Position numbers and translations under genes: made by a program
In this document: piece by piece, positions 1 to 9,380 of the stretch
Layout of the letters: every line of letters begins with the position of its first letter
Numbering within the stretch: the stretch's first letter is position 1
The notes under the pieces: generated by a model
What the model was told of the DNA's origin: nothing
What the model saw: only the letters and a program-made list of their open reading frames with translations
The model's database searches: none
From: an uncultured Acidimicrobiia bacterium
Lineage (GTDB): Bacteria; Actinomycetota; Acidimicrobiia; Spongiisociales; ZC4RG35
Direction: 5' to 3'
NCBI GenBank assembly: GCA_964195235.1
Contig: CAXMOW010000001.1
Coordinates: 20,726 to 84,725 of the forward strand
DNA: 64,000 nt

Positions 1-475
1 AGGCGGCTGCATCGAACGCGATATCGGCGACACCCTTTGGAATCGGTATCAGATTGGCGTCGGGCGCCGAACCGGTGTCGACAGAGATGTATCCACCAGC
101 CTCGATGATTTGATCGAAGGACGACCGATCTACCACCAAATCGCGCACCAAGGGAAAACCGGTGGCTCTCCACGGCTCGACCACGATGCTCGCTCCGTCT
201 TCGAATTTCCTCATGTGAAGTTGACATGTTGCGGTCCCCAGTTGTGGCCCATGTGGTTGACCATCGATCATCACACCGCAGCTGCCACAGATCCCTTCGC
301 GACAGTCGTGGTCGAAGGCCACCGGCTCCTCGCCCTGATTTACGAGACGCTCATTGAGGAGGTCCAGCATCTCGAGGAAAGACATCTCGTCGGAGACGCC
401 GTCCACCTGGTAAGTCTTGAACTCACCCCGAGCGTCGGGGCCTTCCTGTCTCCAGACCTGGAGTGTGATGTTCAC
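1..475 (-). CDS. sdhB: Succinate dehydrogenase/fumarate reductase iron-sulfur subunit; N-terminal part only, the gene runs off the window start
   Basis: Not in the ORF track because it has no stop in the window. My translation of the minus strand from GTG at 475 gives [72 protein letters not shown]... This contains the 2Fe-2S Cys cluster of SdhB/FrdB. The GTG overlaps the sdhA stop (GTGA). Confidence 0.85.
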   Translation of the reverse strand, partial: MNITLQVWRQEGPDARGEFKTYQVDGVSDEMSFLEMLDLLNERLVNQGEEPVAFDHDCREGICGSCGVMIDGQPHGPQLGTATCQLHMRKFEDGASIVVEPWRATGFPLVRDLVVDRSSFDQIIEAGGYISVDTGSAPDANLIPIPKGVADIAFDAAA

Positions 476-2394
476 TTGTAGCTCCGGGTGGTCAGCTCGA
501 CGTTTTCGAAGTCGAGCGACTCTTTGTTCAGCTCTGGAGCAGCGGCGTCGCCGGTCCACTCCCACGCCGAGACGTACGCATAGTGCTCGTCGTCACGCAT
601 CGCCTCACCTTCGCCAGATTGGTGCTCTTCGCGGAAGTGGCCGCCGCAGGACTCTTCACGGTCGAGAGCATCAACACACATTGCCTGGGCTAGCTCAAAG
701 AAGTCGTCGACACGCTGCGCCCTCTCCAAACTCTGGTTGAGGCTCTCGTTTCGACCCAGTACTCGCGTATCGCTCTTAAATTCCTCATGTAGGGCCGGGA
801 TGTCTGAGAGGGCTTTCTGAAGGCCAGATTCGTTGCGGACCATGCCGCAATGCTCGAGCATGATCTTGCCCAACTCCTTATGGAACCAGTCGACTGACCG
901 TCTGCCATCGGTTGTCAGGTATCCGTCGACCTGGCTAACAACTTCATCCTCGATCTTGGTGAAGACCGGATCGTCGCTTGGCACAGCATCAGTGTTGAGA
1001 TAGTCAGCCAAGTAGTCGCCAATGGTGGAAGGAAGAACGAAATAGCCGTCGGAAAGCCCCTGCATTAGTGCAGAGGCTCCGAGACGGTTCGCACCATGAT
1101 CGCTGAAGTTGGCCTCACCGATTGCATAGAGCCCTGGCACCGTTGTCATCAGGTTGTAGTCCACCCATAGGCCACCCATTGTGTAGTGCGGTGCCGGGTA
1201 GATGCGCATCGGCACGTTGTAGGGGTCCTCGTCGGTGATGCGGTTGTACATCTCGAAGAGATTCGAATACTTGTCTTCCACCGACGCTCTGCCATCTCGT
1301 TCGATGGCGCTCATGAAGTCGAGATAGACGCCGTTCCTGAGAGGGCCTACACCGTGGCCGGAGTCCACCATGCGTTTGGATGCTCTACTGGCGACGTCGC
1401 GAGGAACCAGATTCCCGAATGCTGGATAGACACGTTCCAAGTAGTAGTCACGGTCTTCTGCTGGGATCTCGTTGGCTGCTCGGCTCTCGTCGACATTCTT
1501 CGGCACCCAAATTCGTCCGTCGTTCCGCAACGACTCTGACATCAATGTCAATTTCGATTGGAACTCGTCAGACGCGGGAATGCACGTCGGGTGGATCTGG
1601 GTGAAACACGGGTTGGCGAAGGCAGCCCCGCGACGGTGGGCCCTCCAAATTGCGGTGACGTTGGACGCCATGGCGTTTGTTGAAAGATAGAAGACGTTTG
1701 AGTAGCCACCGGTTGCAAGAACCACCGCATGTCCCGAATGAGCGGTGACATCACCGTTGACCAGGTCTCTGACAACCACACCCACGGCCCGGCCATCTTT
1801 GACAACAACATCGAGCATCTCGGATCGCGTGTGTAGCTTCACCTTTCCTCTGTCAACCTGTCGCATCAGTGCTGAGTACGCCCCGAGCAGCAATTGCTGA
1901 CCGGTGGCGCCTCTGGCGTAGAAGGTTCGGGACACCTGGGCTCCGCCAAACGAACGGTTGTCGAGTAGTCCGCCGTACTCGCGAGCAAACGGCACACCCT
2001 GTGCCGTTGCCTGGTCAATTATGTTGAGTGATACCTCGGCGAGACGGTGGACGTTGGCCTCTCGGCTCCGGTAGTCGCCGCCTTTGACGGTGTCATAGAA
2101 AAGCCGGTAGATCGAGTCGCCGTCGTTGTGGTAGTTCTTGGCGGCGTTTATCCCGCCCTGCGCGGCTATCGAATGGGCTCGACGTGGCGAGTCGTGGAAT
2201 GTGAATACCTCGACGTCGTAGCCCAGTTCACCGAGGGACGCTGCCGCGGACGCTCCTGCCAGCCCGGTTCCGATGATGAGGATCTTGAACTTGCGTTTGT
2301 TGCTCGGATTGACCAGCCGACTGTCGAACTTGTGGTTCTCCCATTTGTCTGCAATCGGGCCCTCGGGCACCTTGGCGTTCAGCTGCAGAGTCAT
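472..2394 (-). CDS. sdhA: Succinate dehydrogenase/fumarate reductase flavoprotein subunit
   Basis: 640 aa. Has an N-terminal FAD fold ([17 protein letters not shown]) and the covalent-FAD His region ([15 protein letters not shown]). The full-length architecture is flavoprotein-like and it sits between sdhC and sdhB. Confidence 0.95.
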   Translation of the reverse strand: MTLQLNAKVPEGPIADKWENHKFDSRLVNPSNKRKFKILIIGTGLAGASAAASLGELGYDVEVFTFHDSPRRAHSIAAQGGINAAKNYHNDGDSIYRLFYDTVKGGDYRSREANVHRLAEVSLNIIDQATAQGVPFAREYGGLLDNRSFGGAQVSRTFYARGATGQQLLLGAYSALMRQVDRGKVKLHTRSEMLDVVVKDGRAVGVVVRDLVNGDVTAHSGHAVVLATGGYSNVFYLSTNAMASNVTAIWRAHRRGAAFANPCFTQIHPTCIPASDEFQSKLTLMSESLRNDGRIWVPKNVDESRAANEIPAEDRDYYLERVYPAFGNLVPRDVASRASKRMVDSGHGVGPLRNGVYLDFMSAIERDGRASVEDKYSNLFEMYNRITDEDPYNVPMRIYPAPHYTMGGLWVDYNLMTTVPGLYAIGEANFSDHGANRLGASALMQGLSDGYFVLPSTIGDYLADYLNTDAVPSDDPVFTKIEDEVVSQVDGYLTTDGRRSVDWFHKELGKIMLEHCGMVRNESGLQKALSDIPALHEEFKSDTRVLGRNESLNQSLERAQRVDDFFELAQAMCVDALDREESCGGHFREEHQSGEGEAMRDDEHYAYVSAWEWTGDAAAPELNKESLDFENVELTTRSYK

Positions 2395-2397
2395 CGT

Positions 2398-3138
2398 TTA
2401 CTCCACAAATCCAAACAGGACAGCCAACGGCATGATGGAGTTGCCGACAAAAACGACCAGCGCAAGGCCAACGGCGAAGCCACGGCGCCAAAGGTTGAAG
2501 CGAGGATGGTTGATGCCAAAACTCTGGAACATCGACCACGCGCCGTGGTAGAGGTGGATGGCGAGCAGGGCCATCGCGATGACATAAAAGGCGGTCACCG
2601 GCGCCCGTTGGAAACTCGCAACGAAGTTGGCGTATACCTCACCGTGCGCCCACGTTTCGGGTGCGGCCGGCTGGACGCCCCAGGTGAGGTCGGCGAGATG
2701 GAAGAGCAGAAAGAAGCCGAAGATCGTTCCGCTCCATCTCATGGTTCGACTGGCGTAGGACGCCGCCACATAGGTGCGAGGTCCCTCATAGGCCTCGGCG
2801 CGAGCCCGGTGATTCATCAGCGTCAGGGAGTATGAGGCATGAATATGAAGGAGGAACATCACTATCAAACCGGTGCGGAGGGCCCAGAGGACCACTCCCT
2901 CGGGGAGAAGGGGAAAGAGCAGAGAACGGAGTGCCTCCGCATAGAGATCGATCTCGGGGACGCCGCCGATGTCGGGTAGGAAGATCTTCCAGTTCCCAAC
3001 CATGTGAATGAGAACGAACACGATGATCGCAAGACCTGTGAAGGCCATCACCCATTTCTTGCCTACAGCTGAGCGGTAGAAAGCGATCGGGAAGGGGGCC
3101 CGTTTCTTTTCGATCGTGGCTGTCACTGGCAGCGCCAT
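2398..3138 (-). CDS. sdhC: Succinate dehydrogenase cytochrome b / membrane anchor subunit
   Basis: The track ORF is 2398..3162. I prefer the ATG at 3138 (MALPVTATIEKKRAPF...). It has several hydrophobic helices with conserved His residues. Its stop lies 4 nt upstream of the sdhA start, giving the order sdhC-sdhA-sdhB. Confidence 0.8.
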   Translation of the reverse strand: MALPVTATIEKKRAPFPIAFYRSAVGKKWVMAFTGLAIIVFVLIHMVGNWKIFLPDIGGVPEIDLYAEALRSLLFPLLPEGVVLWALRTGLIVMFLLHIHASYSLTLMNHRARAEAYEGPRTYVAASYASRTMRWSGTIFGFFLLFHLADLTWGVQPAAPETWAHGEVYANFVASFQRAPVTAFYVIAMALLAIHLYHGAWSMFQSFGINHPRFNLWRRGFAVGLALVVFVGNSIMPLAVLFGFVE

Positions 3139-3219
3139 TATGCCAGCCCTGCGTTTGCACAAAGCGGTACTGAGTACGTCCCCTGCAACCGCATATGGCT
3201 TCGGGTCTCGACCACGGTC

Positions 3220-3248
3220 TTGACGGCGCGCGTGCTATCCCATAATGT
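3220..3248 (+). promoter_or_regulatory. Candidate sigma-70-type promoter of the whiB-like gene
   Basis: TTGACG (3220-3225), 17-nt spacer, TAATGT (3243-3248). A GAGGAG Shine-Dalgarno lies at 3273-3278, 6 nt before the ATG at 3285. Pattern match only. Confidence 0.4.
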
Positions 3249-3284
3249 CAAGCTTGTAATTACACGGTTGTGAGGAGATTCTGA

Positions 3285-3560
3285 ATGCAGAGCAAGCTCG
3301 TCGAGGCCTTAGCGATAGGTGAGCTTTCCTGGCAGGACTACGCCAACTGCCGTGGTGCCGATGCCGATCTGTTCTTTCCCGAACGGGGGGCTTCCACCAG
3401 AAAAGCGAAAGCAATCTGCGGGGCATGCGAAGTGAAAGGCGCCTGCCTCGACTACGCGATCGACATGGGAGAGAAGTTCGGAATCTGGGGTGGTCTCAGT
3501 GAGCGAGAGCGACGGCGGGTTCGTCGTGAACGTCAGATTGCCCAGCGCCGAGTCAGCTAG
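3285..3560 (+). CDS. whiB: WhiB-family (Wbl) Fe-S transcriptional regulator
   Basis: 91 aa. Four Cys in the Wbl arrangement (CRGADADLFF...CGACEVKGAC), a GIWGG turn and a basic C-terminal tail (RERRRVRRERQ). Confidence 0.9.
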   Translation: MQSKLVEALAIGELSWQDYANCRGADADLFFPERGASTRKAKAICGACEVKGACLDYAIDMGEKFGIWGGLSERERRRVRRERQIAQRRVS

Positions 3561-3565
3561 GAGCG

Positions 3566-4060
3566 CTACAAGTACAGACCGGTCTGGTCTTCCTCGTTCT
3601 CACGCTGGCGTGGGGCGCTTAACGCACGTTTCTGCATCTCTTGGAGCTGTCCTTGAGTCTGCATCTGTTGACTCCAAAGCGATGCTTGGATTCCGTGGAA
3701 GAGACCTTCGAGCCACCCGATCAGCTGTGCTTGTGCCACTCGCACCTCTGACTCCGTGGCGTTCGTCTTGTTCAGCGGAATCATTATTTCGTTGAATTCC
3801 TCCTGAAGTTCAGATGAGAGGACATCACGGAGCTCCTCCACAGACCGGGAGTGGACTTCTGCGAGTCGTTTTCGACCTCCATCGTCCAGCGGCGCTTGGC
3901 GGGCTTCGTCAAGCATCGCTCTGGTCATCGAAGCGATCCGGATCAGCTTGGTGGGCTCGGTGATTGGAGGCGTCTCCTCAGAAGGCTCTTCGTCACCCGA
4001 CGCTTCGTCGACAGAGTCTGGTTTCAGGGGTTCTTCCATCGCCTTAAGCCTATCTGCCAT
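3566..4060 (-). CDS. bpa: Bacterial proteasome activator (Bpa/PafE, DUF2587-like)
   Basis: The C-terminal 130 aa (TKLIRIASMTRAMLDEARQAPLD...VRVAQAQLIGWLEGLFHGIQASLWSQQMQ...TGLYL) follow, from memory, the M. tuberculosis Rv3780 pattern (AQAQLVGWLEGLFHGIQ...GQYL). The start is set at ATG 4060 (MADRLKAMEE) because the longer track ORF (to 4426) overlaps a convincing membrane protein on the other strand. Confidence 0.8.
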   Translation of the reverse strand: MADRLKAMEEPLKPDSVDEASGDEEPSEETPPITEPTKLIRIASMTRAMLDEARQAPLDDGGRKRLAEVHSRSVEELRDVLSSELQEEFNEIMIPLNKTNATESEVRVAQAQLIGWLEGLFHGIQASLWSQQMQTQGQLQEMQKRALSAPRQRENEEDQTGLYL

Positions 4061-4072
4061 CCTGTCGGCCGA

Positions 4073-4645
4073 ATGCGCGCTGTCCTCATATTCACCTTGA
4101 CCTACACGATCGGTCTGTACGCATATGGGACGATCCTCGACAGCCCGTTGACCAATCTCTACACGGCGATCAATATTGGCTTGTTCTTTCTGTTCGGCCT
4201 CCTCCACATCTGGGCGAAGTGGCCGGTTCATGCTTTGTGGGCGGTTTCCCTGGTCGGACTGGGCAACATGTTGGGCGGTGTTTTGCTCGTCGACGGAATG
4301 CCCCTCTACACCGTCGAGTTCATCGGCCCGATTCGGTATGACAAATTCTTTCATGCAGCGGCTTCGGCGGCATTGTTGGTCGTTGCCTGGGAGGCTATGA
4401 AACATTGGGCCGGTGAGGGATATCACCGTGGAGGACTGCTGCTATTTACATGGCTCGTGGTGATGGGTGGGGGTGCAGTGGTAGAGATCGCCGAGTTGAT
4501 CGGATCGGTTGCGAGCGACGTGAATGTCGGAACGTATGAGAACAATATTCTCGATCTGGTGGCAAACGGTCTCGGGGCGCTGGTCGGCGTCGGTTTCGTC
4601 CTATGGTGGGAAAGACGCCACGACTCGCAGCGGGCAGTGACCTGA
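4073..4645 (+). CDS. Integral membrane protein, function unknown
   Basis: This is the inner part of ORF 3851..4645, starting at MRAVLIFTLTYTIGLYAY. It has four or more hydrophobic helices. The upstream 74 codons are Arg-rich and antisense to bpa, so I excluded them. The start is uncertain. Confidence 0.6.
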   Translation: MRAVLIFTLTYTIGLYAYGTILDSPLTNLYTAINIGLFFLFGLLHIWAKWPVHALWAVSLVGLGNMLGGVLLVDGMPLYTVEFIGPIRYDKFFHAAASAALLVVAWEAMKHWAGEGYHRGGLLLFTWLVVMGGGAVVEIAELIGSVASDVNVGTYENNILDLVANGLGALVGVGFVLWWERRHDSQRAVT

Positions 4646-4710
4646 ACAACCCCCTTAAACCCTGCCGCTCTGTCACGTACCATCAGTTTCAGTAATGATG
4701 AGGACGACTG

Positions 4711-4938
4711 ATGGCTGAGGAATACCCCCCGATACTCGATGCGGCGCAGGTGGCGGAACTGCTGGGGATGAACGTGCAGATGGTGAGACAATATGCCCGG
4801 GAGGGTCGGCTACCGGCTTACAAGCTCCCGGGTGGTCGCACCTTCAAGTTCTTTCGCGATGAGATCTATGAATTCGTTCGTTCGCACCCGGTGACCGCCG
4901 TGGAAGACGGCGTCAGTGAGAGTCAATCGATCGAATAG
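4711..4938 (+). CDS. Excisionase/MerR-like helix-turn-helix DNA-binding protein (HTH_17 type)
   Basis: 75 aa. LDAAQVAELLGMNVQMVRQYAREGRLPAYKLPGGRTFKFFRDEIYEFV is the typical excisionase-family HTH signature. Confidence 0.7.
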   Translation: MAEEYPPILDAAQVAELLGMNVQMVRQYAREGRLPAYKLPGGRTFKFFRDEIYEFVRSHPVTAVEDGVSESQSIE

Positions 4939-5452
4939 TCCCCAACACGATTTCCATGGGTATGTAGAGCCGGCGTTCGTCGACGTCAGCCACCTCAATA
5001 TGGTCGGCTGCCACAACGGTGATCTTGCCAAATACAAGTTCCCCCCGGTCCAGCGTCAGTCTGATCGTGGTCTCGCCGGCTGCATGCTGGTGAAGTGCGC
5101 CTTGGAACGATTCTGCTGTGTCAGCGGACTCAACAGGGGGTCCGTCGGCGTTGAGGATCGACCATCGGGCGCGTTGGAGTCCCACTTCTGCGACTTGACC
5201 GGGTCCTTGAATGGTTACGTAGTCGTCGCCCGCTCCGATGATCGCTCCGGTGAAACTGTGTCCTCCGAATTCGACCGAAATCCTCTCACCACGATTCGCC
5301 ATCTCCTTGGCAATATCACCAAGGTTGAGTTTCCTGCGTCGGAGCACTTCAGTGAGACGTTCGTCCTCAGCAGCTTCCGCCACCCACTCGGCCCCAGCCG
5401 TTTGACGAAGCTCGGCAGCGAGATTTTGGTCGGGCTGTTGGTCTTGATTCAT
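4913..5452 (-). CDS. Hypothetical protein with two similar beta-rich modules
   Basis: 179 aa with an acidic N-terminus. It contains two similar segments: ISVEFGGHSFTGAIIGAGDDYVTIQG and IRLTLDRGELVFGKITVVAADHIEVAD. Its 3' end overlaps the convergent HTH gene by 26 nt. I could not assign a family. Confidence 0.55.
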   Translation of the reverse strand: MNQDQQPDQNLAAELRQTAGAEWVAEAAEDERLTEVLRRRKLNLGDIAKEMANRGERISVEFGGHSFTGAIIGAGDDYVTIQGPGQVAEVGLQRARWSILNADGPPVESADTAESFQGALHQHAAGETTIRLTLDRGELVFGKITVVAADHIEVADVDERRLYIPMEIVLGTIRSIDSH

Positions 5453-5503
5453 CTTTTCGCGCTCTCGACATTCCGCAGTGGTCGATAGATAGGTTGCCGC
5501 ATA

Positions 5504-6184
5504 GTGGCTATGGCGACAACCAAGCCAAGGGAAGCGGGCTCCCTTCCACCGACAGGTCGGACCGTTCGCTGGCGGCCTTCACTGTCGCACATCCTCATCG
5601 GGTTGGCAGCGATCCTCGCATTCGCTCTCAATCTTGTGGCCCTTCAGGAGAAGTCGTCGACAACCTTGGTTGTAGTGGCAGATGGCCCCATCGCTGCGGG
5701 GACACTGTTCAGCCAAGAAGACATCCGGTTGGTTCCAGTTCCGACGGACTTCGTTGGTCTTGACTCGCTTCTCACCAAATCCGAAGCCCTGGCCGCTGAG
5801 GGATGGATTGTGGATCGGCCAATCGGCGCCAGCGCAATCATTGAGGCTTCGGCCGTAGTTGAGCCTGGGGGGCCGTCCGGGTTGAGGTCGATGAGTATCC
5901 CGGTCAATCCCGAACATGCTGCCGGAGGTGCGATCCGATCTGGTGATCGAGTTGACATCATTTCAGTGAGCGATGGGCAAGCCTCGTTCGTCGTCAGCGA
6001 CGTCGGTGTGATCGGTGTTGCCAATGCCTCTGGGGATGCTTTCGGTGTTTCTGGCGACTACTTCATCGTGGTTGGTGTCGACGCTGATCAGGCACTGGCG
6101 TTGGCAGAAGCAATGGCATCCGGCTCGGTCGAGTTGCTCCGATCAACGGGCGCTCCGGAAGTGGAGAGCGATATTGGCTCCTGA
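5504..6184 (+). CDS. cpaB: Flp pilus assembly protein CpaB/RcpC-like (SAF domain)
   Basis: 226 aa. It has an N-terminal TM anchor (ILIGLAAILAFALNLVAL) followed by a SAF-like region (IAAGTLFSQEDIRLVPVP). It is the first gene of the tad operon. Confidence 0.75.
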   Translation: MAMATTKPREAGSLPPTGRTVRWRPSLSHILIGLAAILAFALNLVALQEKSSTTLVVVADGPIAAGTLFSQEDIRLVPVPTDFVGLDSLLTKSEALAAEGWIVDRPIGASAIIEASAVVEPGGPSGLRSMSIPVNPEHAAGGAIRSGDRVDIISVSDGQASFVVSDVGVIGVANASGDAFGVSGDYFIVVGVDADQALALAEAMASGSVELLRSTGAPEVESDIGS

Positions 6185-7277
6185 CATCGCCCTTGCTGCA
6201 TCAGCACGCGAGTGGCCCGATCGCTTGCACCGCCACCTGTTGGACCACGGTGGTGGAAGGGTGACCACTCGGATCATGGAACCCGACCAGGCGATCGATT
6301 CGCCGTTCGACGTTCTGTTCATTGACGACATCTGCTCCTTCCTCACGCCCCGCTTGGTGGGAGCTGTCAAGAACAAGGGAGCGGAGGTGATTGGTGTCTT
6401 CCTCCCGTCCGATGGGTCAGATGCCAAACGTCGGCTCCTCGAGTGCGGCATCAGCGACGTCATCGAAACCGAGGCCATACCAGAGGAGTTCGTCGACAAA
6501 GCCACGGCAGCCATCGCTCACAGGGTCGTAGCTACGGAGAGAGATTTTCGGAAGAGGAGCCATGGATTGAGTGTCGGTGTCACCGGGGCGGCCCAAGGGG
6601 TCGGGGTCACCGAACTGAGTACGTCGCTGTCGGCGCTAATCGCACGGAACACAACAGTCGCCCTGGTGGATGCTGATCCACTCTGGCCGAGTGTGGCTCA
6701 GCGACTTGACCTCCCACTTCATCCCAACATCAGAACGCTTCTGGATGCAAGCCTTCACAGGTCGGGTGACCTGGGCACGTCGACGCAGCGGGCCGTGGAT
6801 GTCACCGTTGTGGGTGGAGTCGCCGACACGGCCGTGGCAACACCGCTGAACGGGTCTGAGTTCTCCATCGTGGTTGATTCCTTGGAGCAGATTGCTGAGA
6901 TCGTGATCGTGGACCTCGGACCCTTAGACCGCGCCATCAGTGGCGTCTTTTCTCGGCTATCGACTGTGGCCGTTGTCGGCTCGGCCGACCCGGTGGGTAT
7001 GACTCGATTGATGAAGTCAGCGGAAGTCCTCTTGGAATCCGTCGACAGTCAAAGACTCGTCCTAGTCGTCAATAAGGCGCCTTCTCGACCGTACTACCAA
7101 GCAGAAATCAGAGCCGAGATCGCAAAGGCACTCCCGGGCTTACCACTGATAGTTCTTCCCTTTGATCGCAGGCTGACTCAGGCGTCGTGGGAAGGCTCAA
7201 TCCCCGATCGGGGTGCCTTCATCAGAGCAGTGAGGGGCGTCGCACGTGTGATCATGGGAGCGGTCGATGACGACTGA
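6174..7277 (+). CDS. tadZ: TadZ/CpaE-like pilus localisation ATPase-like protein (receiver-like N-domain plus ParA/MinD fold)
   Basis: This is the inner part of ORF 6015..7277. A TTG at 6174 overlaps the cpaB stop; ATG 6276 is an alternative start. The ParA-like region (GVTGAAQGVGVTELSTSLS...VALVDADP) has a Walker A lacking the Lys, as expected for atypical TadZ-type proteins. Confidence 0.7.
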   Translation: MAPDIALAASAREWPDRLHRHLLDHGGGRVTTRIMEPDQAIDSPFDVLFIDDICSFLTPRLVGAVKNKGAEVIGVFLPSDGSDAKRRLLECGISDVIETEAIPEEFVDKATAAIAHRVVATERDFRKRSHGLSVGVTGAAQGVGVTELSTSLSALIARNTTVALVDADPLWPSVAQRLDLPLHPNIRTLLDASLHRSGDLGTSTQRAVDVTVVGGVADTAVATPLNGSEFSIVVDSLEQIAEIVIVDLGPLDRAISGVFSRLSTVAVVGSADPVGMTRLMKSAEVLLESVDSQRLVLVVNKAPSRPYYQAEIRAEIAKALPGLPLIVLPFDRRLTQASWEGSIPDRGAFIRAVRGVARVIMGAVDDD

Positions 7278-8538
7278 CGTCTATGAAGCCCTCCGCCGCG
7301 AGGCGCTATCCAGAATCGACGGGAGCGGGATCGATCCTGCCTCGGACGTCGGCGCCGTGCGAGCCCTTCTGGAGTCCACGGTCGATGAGTATCAAAGCAA
7401 AGCTCATCTCGGCAACGGCAGGTCTCTAGCAGACCCTCGGCAGACGCTCGATCGACTGTTGGAGTCGGTGACAGGGCGTGGTCCACTCGCACGACTTCTG
7501 GAGCGTTCTGACATTGAGGAGATATTCATCGAGGGTGACCATCTCACATACCTCGAGGCCGGCGGCTCGCTCCACGCTTCGCCGATGCCAACAACCGAAG
7601 CTGAGAACAGACAGACCATCGAGCACCTTCTGGCTTCGACCGATAGAAGGCTCGACGCCTCCAACCCGATCGTTCAGGCGCGTATCCTCGACGGCAGTGC
7701 CCGTTTGACCGCTGTCATACCTCCGGTGGGGGATCATCTCTCCGCCACGATTCGCCGGTTCGCCCTTCGGCGTCAGACACTTGACTCGCTGGTCGAACTT
7801 GGTTCGCTGACGGGGGCTGCATCTTCGTTTCTCAAGGCCGCCATGCGCGCTTCGTCGTCGGTGATCATCTCCGGTTCACCCGGATCAGGGAAGACATCGT
7901 TTCTGTCCGCATTGATCGCAGCGACACCCCCAGATCGCTGTATACGTGCGTGCGAAGAGGTACGCGAGCTTCATGTCCCTCTTGTGCATGGCTCCTACTA
8001 CGAGGCACGGGCACCATCTCTGGATGGGAGCGGAGAGATCAGTTTGCGAGATTTGGTGAAGGTCACCCTGGCGATGAGACCGGACGTGATCGTGGTCGGC
8101 GAAGTCCGTGGATCGGAGGCTTACGAATTGACTCGTGCCGCCAACGCCGGATGTGGGATGGCCTGCACGGTCCATGCAAACTCTGCAAACGATGCGCTGG
8201 ATGCTCTGGTAAATGCGGCGCTAATGGCCGGCGAGAATGTTCCAGAGCGCGTTGTGCGAAAAGTGTTCGCCTCATCCATTGATTTCGTGATTCACTTAGA
8301 TCGCGGCACCAACACCGAAGGTGGAATCGCGAGAGAGACGATGGAAATTCGGGCGATGGTTCCCTCGCTTCACGCCGACTTTTCCACCGAGGCGTTGTTC
8401 GTTCGAGAACGATTGGGCGGAAAACTCGAATGGACTGGAGCTCTTCCACCGTCCCAGCTCGCGGCAAGCCTCGAGGAGGTTCTCCCAGATTCGGTCTCGC
8501 TTCCGATGGTCTGCCGGGGAGGAGGAGTCGAGTGGTGA
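7267..8538 (+). CDS. cpaF: CpaF/TadA type II/IV secretion ATPase
   Basis: 423 aa. Walker A is GSPGSGKTS. It also has the Asp/His boxes (VIVVGEVRGSEAYEL, TVHANSA). Confidence 0.95.
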   Translation: MTTDVYEALRREALSRIDGSGIDPASDVGAVRALLESTVDEYQSKAHLGNGRSLADPRQTLDRLLESVTGRGPLARLLERSDIEEIFIEGDHLTYLEAGGSLHASPMPTTEAENRQTIEHLLASTDRRLDASNPIVQARILDGSARLTAVIPPVGDHLSATIRRFALRRQTLDSLVELGSLTGAASSFLKAAMRASSSVIISGSPGSGKTSFLSALIAATPPDRCIRACEEVRELHVPLVHGSYYEARAPSLDGSGEISLRDLVKVTLAMRPDVIVVGEVRGSEAYELTRAANAGCGMACTVHANSANDALDALVNAALMAGENVPERVVRKVFASSIDFVIHLDRGTNTEGGIARETMEIRAMVPSLHADFSTEALFVRERLGGKLEWTGALPPSQLAASLEEVLPDSVSLPMVCRGGGVEW

Positions 8539-9380
8539 TTGTTGCTGCGGCGATTGCGACGGCCGTATCAGTTGGTCTCATCGGAGTGTCCGTCGCAGCT
8601 GGCACCAATCGGTCTACTCGGCGGCATCTGCGTTTTCGCGAACCGGTCGCAGGGCTTGATGTGTCAACCGGTCGGTTTTGGACGACGGTCCTTGGCGCCG
8701 GTGCCGTCGCTTACCTCATGGTCCACGCTCTGACTGGCCTGGTGCCTGTATCCCTAGTCCCGGCCTTGGTCGTGGCGACCTTGCCAAAGGCCTATTTCGC
8801 ACGAAAACGTTCTGCTCGGCTTGCGGCGGTCCAAGAAGCCTGGCCGGACGGCCTCCGGGATCTCCTCGCCTCCGTGCGCTCCGGTTCCTCTTTGCCCGCT
8901 GCGATCGAAAATCTCGCTGCTTTCGGTCCTGCGCCGCTCCGAGACGCCTTCCATGGCTTCGGTGTCTACTCCCGCAGTCTCGGTGTGGTTCCTGCGCTGG
9001 AAATGGTGCGTGAAGACCTGTCGGATCCGACATCCGATCGCGTGATTGAAGTTCTCGTCCTCGCCTATGAGCGGGGTGGCACCGTCGTGCCCGAGATTCT
9101 GGACGATCTTGCTAATGCAACTACTCGAGACCTGTGGACCATGGAACAGGTCCGAACCGAGGCCCTCGAACAGAAGATCAACTCCCGTGTCGTGTTTGTG
9201 TTGCCTTGGCTGGTCTTGGTGGCGATAACGGCAAGAAATGGCGCGTTTCGTGAGTTTTACTCAACCCCAACAGGGGTTCTGGTCGTTGCGATAGGCGGCC
9301 TCCTCAGCCTCATTGGCGTGGCGATAACTTCGAAGATGTCTGCACAGCCACCCGAACCGCGAGTATTCGGCGGCTCGTGA
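8532..9380 (+). CDS. tadB: TadB-like type II secretion system F-family membrane protein
   Basis: A GTG at 8532 overlaps the cpaF stop; the track ORF begins at 8430 inside cpaF. It has a T2SSF-type cytoplasmic domain flanked by TM helices. Confidence 0.85.
   Translation: MVIVAAAIATAVSVGLIGVSVAAGTNRSTRRHLRFREPVAGLDVSTGRFWTTVLGAGAVAYLMVHALTGLVPVSLVPALVVATLPKAYFARKRSARLAAVQEAWPDGLRDLLASVRSGSSLPAAIENLAAFGPAPLRDAFHGFGVYSRSLGVVPALEMVREDLSDPTSDRVIEVLVLAYERGGTVVPEILDDLANATTRDLWTMEQVRTEALEQKINSRVVFVLPWLVLVAITARNGAFREFYSTPTGVLVVAIGGLLSLIGVAITSKMSAQPPEPRVFGGS

Noticed and set aside
110-481. A 123-aa plus-strand ORF, plus many similar long ORFs antisense to clear genes. Examples: 2047..2835 +, 16684..17238 -, 25212..25853 -, 33096..33947 -, 34071..34883 -, 37235..37888 -, 37965..38594 -, 46165..47103 -, 47710..48837 -, 53993..54892 -, 55914..56681 -.
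   Set aside because: Each lies fully opposite a gene with strong family signatures. Their products are Arg/Pro/Ser/Gly-rich low-complexity sequences, as expected for shadow ORFs in high-GC DNA. No motifs were recognised in any of them.
3851-4426. Longer versions of the bpa ORF (to 4426) and of the membrane protein ORF (from 3851), which overlap each other extensively.
   Set aside because: The overlapping extensions are low-complexity or Arg-rich and lack similarity to the respective families. The inner ATGs (4060 and 4073) give non-overlapping divergent genes.
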